Shown in pieces: positions 1 through 12,199 of a stretch of DNA of 64,000 bases; position 1 is the stretch's first letter, and each line of letters starts with the position of its first letter. Source of the stretch: Raillietiella orientalis (lineage: Eukaryota); the NCBI GenBank assembly GCA_036172245.1, contig JAYWIR010000045.1, positions 434,001-498,000 on the forward strand. Direction: 5' to 3'. The position numbers were made by a program, and so were the translations under genes. A model generated the notes under the pieces. The model made no database searches. It saw nothing but the letters and a program-made list of their open reading frames with translations, and was not told where the DNA came from.

Positions 1-1599
1 TCTCCCAAAAGCACACAGTTCCCTCTCAGAATAAAAGAGAAGTAAAGTGTCCTGGTGTTAGGACAATCATATGTCGAAATACCATCTACTCGATGCTAAC
101 AAGTAATGAGCAAGCAGCTACTAGTTTCACAGAGTGCGTCAGCGAAAGAGGTTGCGCTGTGTTTCAGGCCCTCAAAAGTCGCCTTCATACCATTCTATAC
201 AAGGGACAGAAGGAAATTTTCCTTCCTGAATCACATTCATAAGAGAGGATGACTGATTACGAGGCGAACTATAGAAATTATCGTCTTTTTTTGTAAGCAT
301 TTAAGTGAAGATCAGAGGCGCCGTAAGAAGTTGACAAGATACCATGCTTGTTTCTATAGTGAAGAGGTATTTCGAAGTCTGTGATTACATTGATGAATAG
401 CACTGAATGGCTCCAAACGTGAGCGTCAATTTTTTCTGTTGATGTCATTTGAATTCTTCCTATAGAAGCGGCTCTGACAGCAGTTCTGCCAAAAGACTTG
501 GTGTCTGCAATTCTTGTGGTACTTTAGATTAAATCCATTTACTTTTTACTATCAATAGTATCAAACGTGGTCTAAATAAAGGAAACCTGATTTATTTAGG
601 CTGGCATACGAAAATTTTATTAAATTGAAAAAATGCAGAAGTCTATCCATAATTCATACCCTACTGCTGCTTCAATCTCACTAAGGTTCACCAAATCATG
701 ACACATAAGGATGCCCGAAAATCTCTTGCAAGCTTAGACAACTGAAGACAGTAGAATCGTTGATAATTTATCTTTTTTATCATTAAAATTAAGGGAATAA
801 CTGACCTGCAAGTTCAGATTTAGCCCCCTTATCGTTGTGGATGGGCGATTGTTCTGAGAACGTATCATAACCTCCAAATATGTTTCCTTAAACTATTGTA
901 GAAATGAATGCTGCACGGTGATTGCCGTCCCGGGAGCAAACGGAACACAGAATATCTTGTGAGGACCTCGAGAGTGTTTCAAAACTGCAATTAGCCTTCT
1001 CACTATGAAATTCCCTGACGTTAATCCATTACCTCGCACATTTAAAAGTTGATTATTCATCGTAAATAACTTCCAGTCACAAACGGAGGTCTGCCATTGC
1101 TGGATATACAAGACAAGTGTAATCAGCAGGCTTAAATTCGTACACTTGTTCCGTGAAACTTTTTCTTCTCGAGATTTCCAACACGACGTTTCAAATATGT
1201 GTAAACAGTGAAATGTCGGATATTAAACGGAACAAACAGAAACCTGTGCGATGGGCACCTGCAGGTCAATCCTGCTTGGACTGAACAAGTTCTCTTCGAA
1301 GAAGTAAATGAAAACGCTAACTAAATTTGCCATGAATATGTTTCTGCCCCAAAAAATTGAACTTAGAGAGGCATTCTATCACGAGGTATAAGGAGTTGGA
1401 AAATATTGCTCGGGGAGCTCGAAATTAGCAAAGTGTGTCGTTTGGAACGAACTGGCACTGCAGCGGGTGTTTGTAAAAAGATCTCGTAAACGATCTCGCC
1501 CAGCATCCTGTTTGCAAGCCATGCAACCCGTCAGTTGCTAAAAATCTCAAACCACGCTCTGAACGAGACCTTGTCGAAGAACTCCTTGAAGCAACCTCA

Positions 1600-3500
1600 A
1601 ATACTCCGAGCCCAGGCGACGTTTCATCGTTCGAAAACGTTTCTTCGTGCCACAGAATGTAGTTGTGTGAAAACATTGATGAGATGAAGACGAATTTGAT
1701 TCACTCTATCTTGGGAACGTGAGAAATTTTCCCCTTCTCTTGGGCACTTGATGGGACGAGTGTCGCAAATACAGATCAGTTGTGCATTTTTATTGGAGGA
1801 GTAAACAGTCTTGAAGGATCCACTTCAGAGTGCTGCCAGGGGAAAAGGCGTATTCAACAAAGTGAGGATATTGCCAATAAAACGCAAATTGCTATCTGAA
1901 AAGCTTGTCAGCTTAGCTACAGATGAATCCCAGCCAATGGTTTGTAACCCGATTACTCTAGAAGTTTACTGGAAAAACAAAAACACAATTAACATGCAAT
2001 AAGGGAGAAGGCTTGCTCCATTTTAGAAGTGCAGGCAGGGTAATGTCCACGTATGGTCCTACTCAAAAGGAGGTTGAGTAAAAAGGAGGGCACAATTTTG
2101 AAAAGCATGCATGACTGATGGGAGGATTGAAGGGAGGAGGGGAAAGTATCAAAGAGATGCGCAAAATGAAGTCTTCCCACTCCCGAAGCGTTACACTATG
2201 CGGGTGATGTCTTCTCTGTTCTTCACTTGCTCGCTCGGTGCAACAGGCAGTCTCCTGAAGTGTGGTGTCCCTCTCTTCCCAACACTTTGCTGTATGACTA
2301 CAATACCGGAGATGCAGCACAGCATGGACCGCGAAATGCACTACCGCGGTTGTGAAGAGGGGAAGAAACAAACCACTACACAAGGTCCGGGGGGGTCGAT
2401 TGGGTGCGAGAGCATTGCAGTGGCCCTCTCCCATCCCTGAAGGAGGCACCACATTCAAGAAGTGATGGATGAGGTATTATTCTATCTCGCTTCTGGCAGC
2501 TCGGGGAGCAGCTCCCGTAGTTTTACTGACGATGTCGCTAATGAATGGGAATCTTCCCATTCATTAGCAAGTCATCAGTAAAACCGTTAGCGAAAACGGC
2601 TTGTCGTGTGTTGGAGGACGAAACGAAAGAACGGAGCTGTCCACACAGATTTAGGGGATCATCACCTTTTTCTCTGGTGGTCTTAAAAAGATCTCCCAAC
2701 GCGCAATATCCCTCGGTCTCGCGCACACTCGACTCTTACAGGCTGCTGATGAGACAAATGGTCAGCAGGCTGGCCGGTCGAAGAAGATCCACCCAGAAGA
2801 TTGTCTTCCCCGTCTAATTGGGAAGAATACTTCCCACTTCCGCTAACGGTTTGGAAAAAGTAGTGGTTCTTACGGCATTACTAAAATGGATTGAAGTTTA
2901 GATGCCTGAATCCGGAAATCTTATTGAGCACCACTGCATCATACATCAAGACCATCTTTGAGCCTAGCGTCGAAGCATTAATTGTAATGCTTGTGGAAGT
3001 TAAATGTATAAATTTCATAAGAATCGTGGACTGTAATCAATTTAGAGGAGGAAATCTGAACATCTTCTCTCTTATTCTTATGTTAGGAAGTAGAGGTAAC
3101 AAAGTGTTTCTGGGAGTTCAAAGAGATTAAGTCGTTCACGAAAGATAACCCGGTCCTCAAGATGAAAAAAAAAAAAAAGAATTTGTGATCTAGCATTTCC
3201 CTTATGGTATAACGACCCATTTAGAAGAACTGGAAATGAAGCCTCGGGGTCCTGTGAAGATGGGATTTCACTTCTCTACTGAATTCTCGATACAACCAGA
3301 GGTACTCCTTCAAGTTTTCAGCTTGCGCCACAGAAAAACATCCTTTTATGAAACGTCACGCCTTGAGAATGTGTGCTCTGTCACATATGGGAAGGAGCAT
3401 TCTTTCTCGAAAATTATCCCGGCAAAATGGAGCAGTGGACTCGAGAAAATTCCAGCTGAAGTTTGCTCAAGGAAAAACAATGCAGAATCTTATTAAGATT
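1600..3500 (+). mobile_element. Decayed hAT-superfamily (Charlie/SPIN, GTF2IRD2-like) transposase relic, interrupted by an unrelated ~0.8 kb segment (~2010-2830)
   Basis: Frameshifted fragments in hAT order: FENVSS (~1630), ALDGTSVANTDQLCIFIGGVN (~1744-1806; cf. ALDESTD..DTAQL.IFIRGV), KLVSLATD (~1900-1923), HHCIIHQ CxxH motif (~2928-2949), VKCINFIR (~3000-3022), CDLAF..ITTHLEEL (~3184-3232). Stops and frameshifts present; ends approximate, no TIRs found. Confidence 0.75.
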
Positions 3501-6500
3501 GATTTCTAATTATCCATGAAGGTAAACAATCAATTAATGAAATTAGTTGATTCTTAATAAATTGAATGACGACGTGAGTATTATAATGTGAAGGAGATCA
3601 AAACCGTCAACATACAGTAAATTTTAATTGATTTTTCATTGTTTTATTAAATAGTTCACAATATAACTTTTGGATAATGGGTTTTTATTTTATACCTACA
3701 TATAAATAAGAGATTGAGTCCACTTGGGAACAGTGAATTAAAAACGACAAAGTTCATAGATATTTGATTAAATTGAGAAATAAATGATTACTAAGATCAT
3801 AATCTTTAGAGCTCTACTTTTTTGCATTCTCTTCTGCAGTTTTTTCGCTTCATGTTTTATGAATGCTATTGTTCTTTAATAAACGAGACTTGCTTTTATC
3901 TTTTTTATTTATTTTCCTTTAGCCCTTCTCCAGATCCCAGATCCCTAGATAACTAACTAATAACGGTGAAATTAAATGAATGCAAAAAAAAAAAGAGCAA
4001 GAAATAAATTGGCTGGTATAAAACTCAGTTTAAAGAATTGGTATTCGTTGTATCTAAAATTTCAACCTTCAGCTCCCCTGAGAAATGGAGTTGCCAGAAC
4101 GTTGTGACAGAATGTTCCCCACCGCTGTTCTGTTTGCACCCCATGATGCAGGAGGGGGGGGGGTGTTCATTGTAAAACAGTATTTACAAATAAAGAGTCA
4201 TATCAGAGAAAAAAGGTTTACCTTAATAGAAGAACCAAAGAATAAGATGTAAGGAATACTCAGTTTCGAGATTAACTGTGTTTCCCCAGTGTAAGGTCTG
4301 GTTATTGCATCAGGATTATTGGGGTTACTCAGAAATGCGTTACTCAGAAACACAATTCTTAAATGGGCGACTGCGTCTGCATACACTCTTGTATGCAAAA
4401 TTGGCGCAAAATTAGTTCGCAAGTGACTTTGAGGTCCTCCCATTCCAGCCCAATGCAATGAAGAGAGAGATGAAAAGTTCAGTGCAGTGTTGAGGATTTC
4501 GCCGAAATCCTGGAAACAGTGGGATCGCCGATCGCTGAGAGTAGAAGTCTGACAGCTGAAGGACAGCGAGAGAAGTAGAAATAACTGGCATAGAGAGGTA
4601 GAGGCATCCTACTCAGCGGTGGTGGCACCGGCAGCACACAGTAGTGCACTTGTTAGCGTACGAGCCTGCCATCTTTTGAAATCCTCAGTGTGGGCGAACT
4701 CTTGGCGGAAGTAAACCCAAAGGCACAAGCTGTTGCATTCTAAACGAATCAAATTCGGAACAGTGCAATGCGGGACATATATCTCTCATAGTACAAGCAG
4801 AACTTGGATTTTGCAAAAGTGAAGGAGATCGTGCCTTCGGCAAGTGGCTTCGTTTACGCAGATTGCTATGTGCCACGTCGAAAAAATTATCAAGCTGAGT
4901 GAGAAAACAATGAAAAGGACGATTGATCGATCCTTGGCAGCGGTCTTACATTTGTACTCCACCTTCAACTGCAAGGAAAATGTATTAACCTGTAGAAGTG
5001 CAAAAACACATCCTAAATCTATCGTTCAGAAAGAGAACCGAAAGAAGAAACAGATGCTTCGGCATTGCCCGCTGGAAAACTAGGACAAAAAGAAACAATC
5101 TGGCTACATAATAAGTAGCATATAAAATAGAAACACCACGCCATTTCATCTTTACTAAGAAAGATGCTGTATGAGAGAACCACCAGTGATCCAGAAATCG
5201 GTCAAGTCTCAGTCCTAGAGGCAGCAGATATGCGTCTCTTGGGAAAGCAAACTCTGGAACATCATCAGTACGATTAGGAAGGAAACAACAACATGTGAAA
5301 GGAAGGAAACAAAGAAGAGAGCATGTCCCATTCAAGAAACAAATTCATCTTTCAAACCAGTTGAAGTAATTAGTTGCATCGAGCACGCATAGGGTATATT
5401 GTAGAACCATCAAACCATGTAGAATCAAGAGCTAATGCAAATGAGAAAATACAAAGAGTGAAAGGCAAAGTAAAAGAAACTCAAGCAAAGGGAGTCTTGT
5501 GACATCAATATCGGATCAACAAACTTCAGAAAAAAGCTGTACCCTTAGTTAAGAATCAGCAAACAAACTTGAAATGCGATATATAGTTTGTTTTTGCTTT
5601 GTTTTGACTAGCATCGTGTTTGTTTTTACTTTATTTAAATAAGTTACCCCATCGCTAGTCGGAATGAAAGAAACTGGAGTAATATAAGCTGTCGATATAG
5701 AAACCTCTGGAGCTAGTGGCATGATCCTATGAGAATTTTATCTGTTATCCTGGGAAGCCTTGGCTCGATTTATCACTATACCGAGGGTACCCAATGGCCA
5801 CTATGACAAGGAATTAAAAGAATCCGTTAGTCACTAGCAGCTTGCAATGTAAAGGCATCCAAGCACTGAGATCTCAGAGCTGATAATGGGGAAAAGCCAG
5901 ATACTTACAGTTCTGACAGGAAATCATTTTCATGCTCCCTTTGTGCCATCATGTCAACATCACACAAGTCTATCTTATATGTTTACGAGTTTGGAACCAA
6001 TATATTTCTTGAAGATTATGTGTCAACATTGCTTTTCAAGGAATTTATTGAAATTACACAATGCTGGTCATGTAAATCTCACTGATATAGAAAATTTGTA
6101 ATTATTAGCAACGATAACAAACTAAAGTTTTTTTGGCTTAGTAGCATTGCATGCATAGGAGAGATGTTTCGATCACAGAAGACTGAAAGACATAAACATA
6201 TACATCATGGAAGTGATGAAAACTAGTAGGATATGAAAGTATCCCCCAAAGCAATTATAATTATATCACTTTAGAAAAAGTCCTGGTACTAGGTAAACAA
6301 TAAACTTATCTTTTGATAAACAAATAAAGATATTTTGAATTCATTATTGGAAAAAGAATAATGTACTCGAACAATACCACATTTATTGAATATATTTAGA
6401 AAATACTGACCATATTGTGTAAAAGATAAAGGTTCATTATTCATACTAATGAGAGGGTTCGCCTTTGTTAGAAATTTGCAATCAAAGAATTCTGGCATCT

Positions 6501-7004
6501 GCCATCAATGATGTGTAGTTTTACTGCTATGTAGTTTATATTATAGGCTTCAACAATCTCTTTAAAGCAAACTTGTATTAGAGGTACAGTTTCAACCAAA
6601 CAATCTCATGCTAATGAACACCTGAGTTTAGCACTCAGTAGTCTTGTCCAAATGAACAAGCCTCTCATTTCGGTGATTGCGACTGAAATTTAATGTTCGA
6701 GATGTACCTTATGTGAATGCTTATTTTTCCACATAGTTTGTCACAATGAAACCAATAGCAGCAGGTATTAGTAGCTTAGTTGTATAATTTGGAAACTTGA
6801 GTCTCACATTTCATGTAATAATAAAAGTATTTACTTTTAAAAGTTTCAATCGTAAGCTCTAAATAGGTTAAGTAGCTTTTCCATATCGTTTTCAAATTCA
6901 GTTACACTTCATTAATGATTTAGCAATAACGACTTCAGCTATTGGTAACCATTGTAAGATGTAAACAGCTGTTAATCTAGTTCGTAGCATGGGACAAATC
7001 TGAA

Positions 7005-8799
7005 ATGATGGAGAAAACTGATGAAGCATTCTCTAGCTTTTTGGCCAAATTTAAAAGACTGGAAAAGGAATCTATGATCCTTGAATATCAGTTTAATGTT
7101 TTGATGAAAAGGTATGCACTCCAGATTGATGAGACAACGAGGTAATGGACATTCTCTGTGCAAAGACTACCATTATGCGTTACTTCGCTTATCTTCCAGT
7201 GAAGAGTGGCTCAGAGATGACTTAAAAACTATTCAAAGAGAAATTCGAACGCTAAAATCGCGTTTGCAAATTTTGCTAGGTAATAGTAATCTGAATCAAC
7301 CGGTTACATCTTACTTTGAAGTGGCATCCTATGCTGACATCGTAAAAGAACTGCAATATTTCATGGACACAAAAAGAAGAAAATTAGAGAAAAGGTTGGT
7401 TATGATTTCATGGTTACATTTTGTACGTACTGTGATTGAATGTCACTTTTAGCATTTCATTATTAAATCTGCAAGAACAATTGCTTATGGAAAACATAGA
7501 TACATTAAAAACAAAACTGAATTTCAAACACAATCATGGAACTTCTAATAAATCAAGAATTACACATTTTCACGTTCCTAAATGTACTACTCCACATAAC
7601 TTGCCCGAACAAGTATGTTGAAACTTCACATTTCATCTGTAGTGTTATGCTGAATAAAAACTTTCTACTTTTCCTTCAGGTGATTAATTACAATCAATTC
7701 ATTGCATTACATGGTGCAACAGGTGGTTGGACAAATAAAGATCACCAGAGATTCATGCACCTTTATCAAAAACATCACAGTGATACAGACAAAATGTGGA
7801 GAGTTTTTAAAAAATACTTCTATGGTGAGTGGAAATCCACTTTAGAAGTACTGTACTGACTGTTTTCTTTAGGAAAAGAGGCAAATGAACTTTTGGAACA
7901 CTATGAATGGTTGCAGAAATTTGAAAGTCACAAAAATCAATTCATTAATGCAGTAGAAGAATACAAACTGAAAATAAAGCAAGTTATGAAAGTAAGTACT
8001 ACATAATCAAAAAGTTAATTGTTACATAACAGTAGACTTCATTGATATTTGACTAATTCTCGTAAAATAGACCGCTAATGCTGAAGCAATATTTACAAAA
8101 TACACACAGTATTGTAATTAGGACACTCCACTTTCTTAGGTGAATACAAGTCAGCAAAGTGCACCTAAAGTGAAGACTAGACATGAAGTGTGGAAAGAAC
8201 AAAGAATAACAATTCAGGAGTGCATTAATGAATGGAAAAAGAAATGTGAAAAAGAAACTAATGCTGTAAATCATAATCATGAAAGGTTGAAGAAAAGAGT
8301 TCACTTCCAAAGACCATCACATCCAATTCCAGTTGTATGTATATTATGTGTGAATCTCATGTTAAGTTTGGAACCAGAAAGTAAAAGAGAAAGAAAACGT
8401 ATGGCTAGCACTAGAAGAAAAGCATGCAAAATTATTTCAAGAAGCAACTGTTTGGAAACCTAGTCTACAGGAATTAAGGTAAAATTTAAAATGGACCAGA
8501 AAAAAAAATTTAACATATGTACAGATGCAGATTTAACCAATGTCCCAAGATTACTAGCAAGAAAACTTCCAGTAATAACGAAAAACAAAAGGTATGATCT
8601 TAACCATGATAACCTAATCTACTATGTTTCATGATAGAATTCTTCTTCCCAATGTTTCCCAGCTTCTGGCAAGCAAAATTTCCAGAAACCTACTAAAAGT
8701 TCTAGGCTGCATATGCATTCGCCTTCTGATTCTAAAACATTAACTTTGAACATTTTACAGCTGCAACACTTAGCAACACCAACTTGGAGGAAAATATAA
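7005..8799 (+). CDS. CCDC112: Coiled-coil domain-containing protein 112-like, multi-exon with short introns (start codon uncertain, may have an upstream exon)
   Basis: GT-AG spliced exons (e.g. 7005-7111, next from 7200) give a coiled-coil protein with HGATGGWTNKDHQRFMHLYQKH...ELLEHYEWLQKF and a C-terminus ...FQKPTKSS...LQHLATPTWRKI* (TAA 8797-8799). These match recalled CCDC112 motifs (GxWDxxDH..F, KPT, AIPTWR). Confidence 0.75.
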
Positions 8800-8827
8800 A
8801 TCAGTTGTATTAGCAAGCATTGAGTAA

Positions 8828-10100
8828 TTATATCTTTTTCTTTTTCATAATATCTAGGATTTCTTCAACATCTTCCTTAGAGCCCAAGAAAACTGGACAG
8901 CGCTGATGTATGGATTCAGGCTGAACATCTAAAATAGGTATTTCCCCATTGGAAGCCGCTCCTCCAGCCTGTTCAACAATGAATGCCATAGGAATGCATT
9001 CATAAAGAAGACGTAACTAGAATGAAAAATTCTTTTCTTGATTTTTGTAAGTGACTTTTTTACTTTTCCATTAGGAGCATCACTACTAGGAGGATACATG
9101 AAGATGCCGCCATATTTTATTGTTCTGTGCACATCAGCTACCATGGATCCTACATAACGGGCTGAATAAGGTTGAGAACCATCTTTCGGAAATTTTTTAT
9201 TATGGATATATTCTTTGATGGCATCCGACCATTTTGAAGTATTTCCTTCATTTACACTGTAAATTTTGCCTTTCTTTTTTATGGTAATGTTTTTATCTGT
9301 TAAAATAAATTCTCCAATAGACTGCAAAACAAAAGTTCATGCTGACCAAATTAACACATGCTTACCGGATCTAATGTGAATCCATTTACTTCATTTCCAG
9401 TTGAAATAACTATCATGGTAGCACTACCATACAGGGCATAGCCTGCAGCTACCAAATTTCTTCCTTTTTGTAAAACATCATTTGAAGACAGCTGTTTGTC
9501 TGTTTTTCGATATATTGCAAAGATTGAACCAATTGATACCAAACAATCAATATTTGAAGAACCATCTAATGGATCAAAGCAGACTATATACTTCCCTTGA
9601 GATGATGTTTCCACCTGATTTGATAAGTTTTTTTTTTTAGCATTTCAGTATCTTTTTATGCAGACCTCAATTATATGGTCATTTTCTTCTGAAACCAGCA
9701 GACAGGTCATATACGAAGATCGCAACAAATTAACAAACAACTCATTAGCCAAAACATCTAATTTCTTCACTTCTTCCCCCTGAACGTTAATGCTACCAGC
9801 GATCCCATATCTGGCGGCATACGAAAGGCATTTTCAAAACATCAAACCAGTATTAAAAATTCAATGTTGAGATGAATTAGTTAACTACATAAAATTACTT
9901 TCTTTTTAACCAGTTTTGCAAAAGAAGTCTTACAATTTTGCCACTCCGGCTTTTCTCACAGCAGAACTAATAGCCTTAATAGCAGATTGTAGGCTATTTA
10001 ATAAAATTGATAGATCACCTGTTGCACCAGGCACTTTCTTTTGTTCGGCCAAAATAAATCTAGTTAGAGTCATACAATCAGTATCTAAAACACCGGCCAT
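8828..10100 (-). CDS. fbp: Fructose-1,6-bisphosphatase class I, 5 exons, 335 aa
   Basis: Exons 10100-9934, 9810-9666, 9614-9366, 9321-9064, 9016-8828, all GT-AG and in phase (1008 nt). Motifs [72 protein letters not shown]. Confidence 0.98.
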
Positions 10101-10869
10101 ATTATACACTAATTAGATCTGATGTTTATCTTTAATGGACACCGGAATAAGAATGCATAGATTTCGATACGCCACACCTACTTCTGGAATTTCAAAGCAT
10201 CCCTGCATTTTTAATAATTTAAATTGAGAGCAAACATAATGAATAAAATTTTTCCACTTTATTTAAATTTTACTGGTTAGATAACCAAATCTAGATGACG
10301 AGATTCTCCAGAAATAATTTTTGATTATCTATTCTTTTTTCCAGCAAAGTTTCTGAGGTTCGTACATTTTTCTGTTCGTAAAAAATGAGTTAGTATTTGA
10401 ATAAGTGACTATACATTGAGACACGGATAAACAACTGTAGACAGAATACACACATAAATATGTGTATATTTTGTGTCTGCTTTTGTACGTCTTACTCCAT
10501 AGGTAGACAAGTGTAATGTTTACTCCCAAATTTGTCTGTCTATGAACACATACAAGAAACATGTAAAGATTCGTTAGCTGCATTCCTCAGTTTTATAAAG
10601 CAATTTTTGATGATTTCCACAAGAACTAGACTTTCTTCAAATGAAACATTAAAAAAAGGTCTGGAAGAAAGCATATTTTGGATTCATCATGCTCTTGCTT
10701 TCGTACTTTCATGGCTCTCTTTATATATGTTGAAATGTACCCAATGGTGTGATCATTAAAAATGCTGTGAATAATTTCATCCTTTACTAACTGAAACAAT
10801 ATGCTCAGATGATATATTTACGATGAAACAGTTTATTCGCATCAGAATATTTAAATTAGTTGTATATCT

Positions 10870-11246
10870 GTCTAGATGGGCCTTGGGAAACCATCACAGT
10901 ATAGAAGTTTGTCGGCTGCCGAGTGGGCCATCTTCCAGAGAATGTTAGGAGCGAGATCACCGGCATCCATAGCCGGTTGTGAAGGAAAGGAACGGCCCAA
11001 ACCAAAGACCTCTGTCCTCTATCCTCCCCATACCTTTATTTCTATTTTGTATATGTGTATTTGTGGTCCCTTCCTCCCGTTCCGGACTTTCGGTTTACCG
11101 ACCTGCTTGTCGGGGATCCCTCACTTCGTTTTTTCTGTGTCCTTTGTCCGGGAACTCTCTTCCTGGATAGTTTAGCAATAGCTTCCCGGCGCACTCGGGT
11201 GAGAAACGGTATAATAGTTCCGTTCAAAGGGTCTCGTCAGTTATAG
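10870..11246 (+). mobile_element. Dispersed repeat, probably the 3' end of a non-LTR retrotransposon
   Basis: GC-richer island in AT-rich context. Shares AGGAAAGGA.CG and GTTCC.GACTT.CGGTTTAC motifs with 60500-60590, where a LINE-like C-terminus precedes them. Confidence 0.4.
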
Positions 11247-12199
11247 AATACCAAATATAAATAAAAGAAATAATACAATTGAAAATATAAGCTTGCATAG
11301 AGGTTAATGGCGAAAAATTCCGATGTTTGTAAGCGAAAGTTCATGAATGAAATTAAGATAAATTAAAGACTGAAAAATGACTAATCAGGAGATTAGTAGA
11401 ACTTTAGAGCATTATCCTTCAATAATATGAAGAATTTTTTTAAAGACCAGAACATCAAAGGATATCGTTTTCATCATAGAAATGCTGACAAAACTATGAT
11501 GTTGATTCAATGCTTCTGTCATATTTATATTCGAAGCAAATCTGCTTGATCAAGTACGAAATGCTTCCTTATCATGCGGCACATTATTATTATTTAATAT
11601 ACTAATGTTTGCTACTATAAGTTTTTGCAAATCCCTTTCCTATTTGGAAGTTAACAGCACAAGACCTTAACAACTAGATAGTTACACCATGCATAAAAAA
11701 TATCAATAAGAAACTTATACTTAAGGTTCTTGTCATCCTTTTGGAATTCTTTCAGATTTGTTAAAAAAAAAAAAATTGAAATTTCGATTTTTCGTTTTTG
11801 AACTAGCTGTAATAGAAGTCAAAACTCAGCACTGTACATAATTTGAATTTTTCACATGTTAGAATAGGAGTGGATAGGATTTGAACAGTATGTGATGCCT
11901 TATGAATTCAAGATCCGTTTGTGATCTAATGTTTAGATCGTGACTTTAAGGTTAAATTTAAAAAAGTGGACCATGTCATCCTGCAAGTTTTCTGTTTTTT
12001 TTTTCCTGGAGGTTATAATCATGTGCTTATGATCAATGCTCTAAATTTACTGTTCCTTTAATTTGAGCTCCTACATGTTCTTTAATATTTTAAAGGACTC
12101 TTAATTGCTCATGTTTATGAATCTTAATAGCGACTCATTGCTGTTTCTGCATCTTTATTCTCCAGTATTAAGTGTTCAAAAAAAAAACAAATTTTTCAT

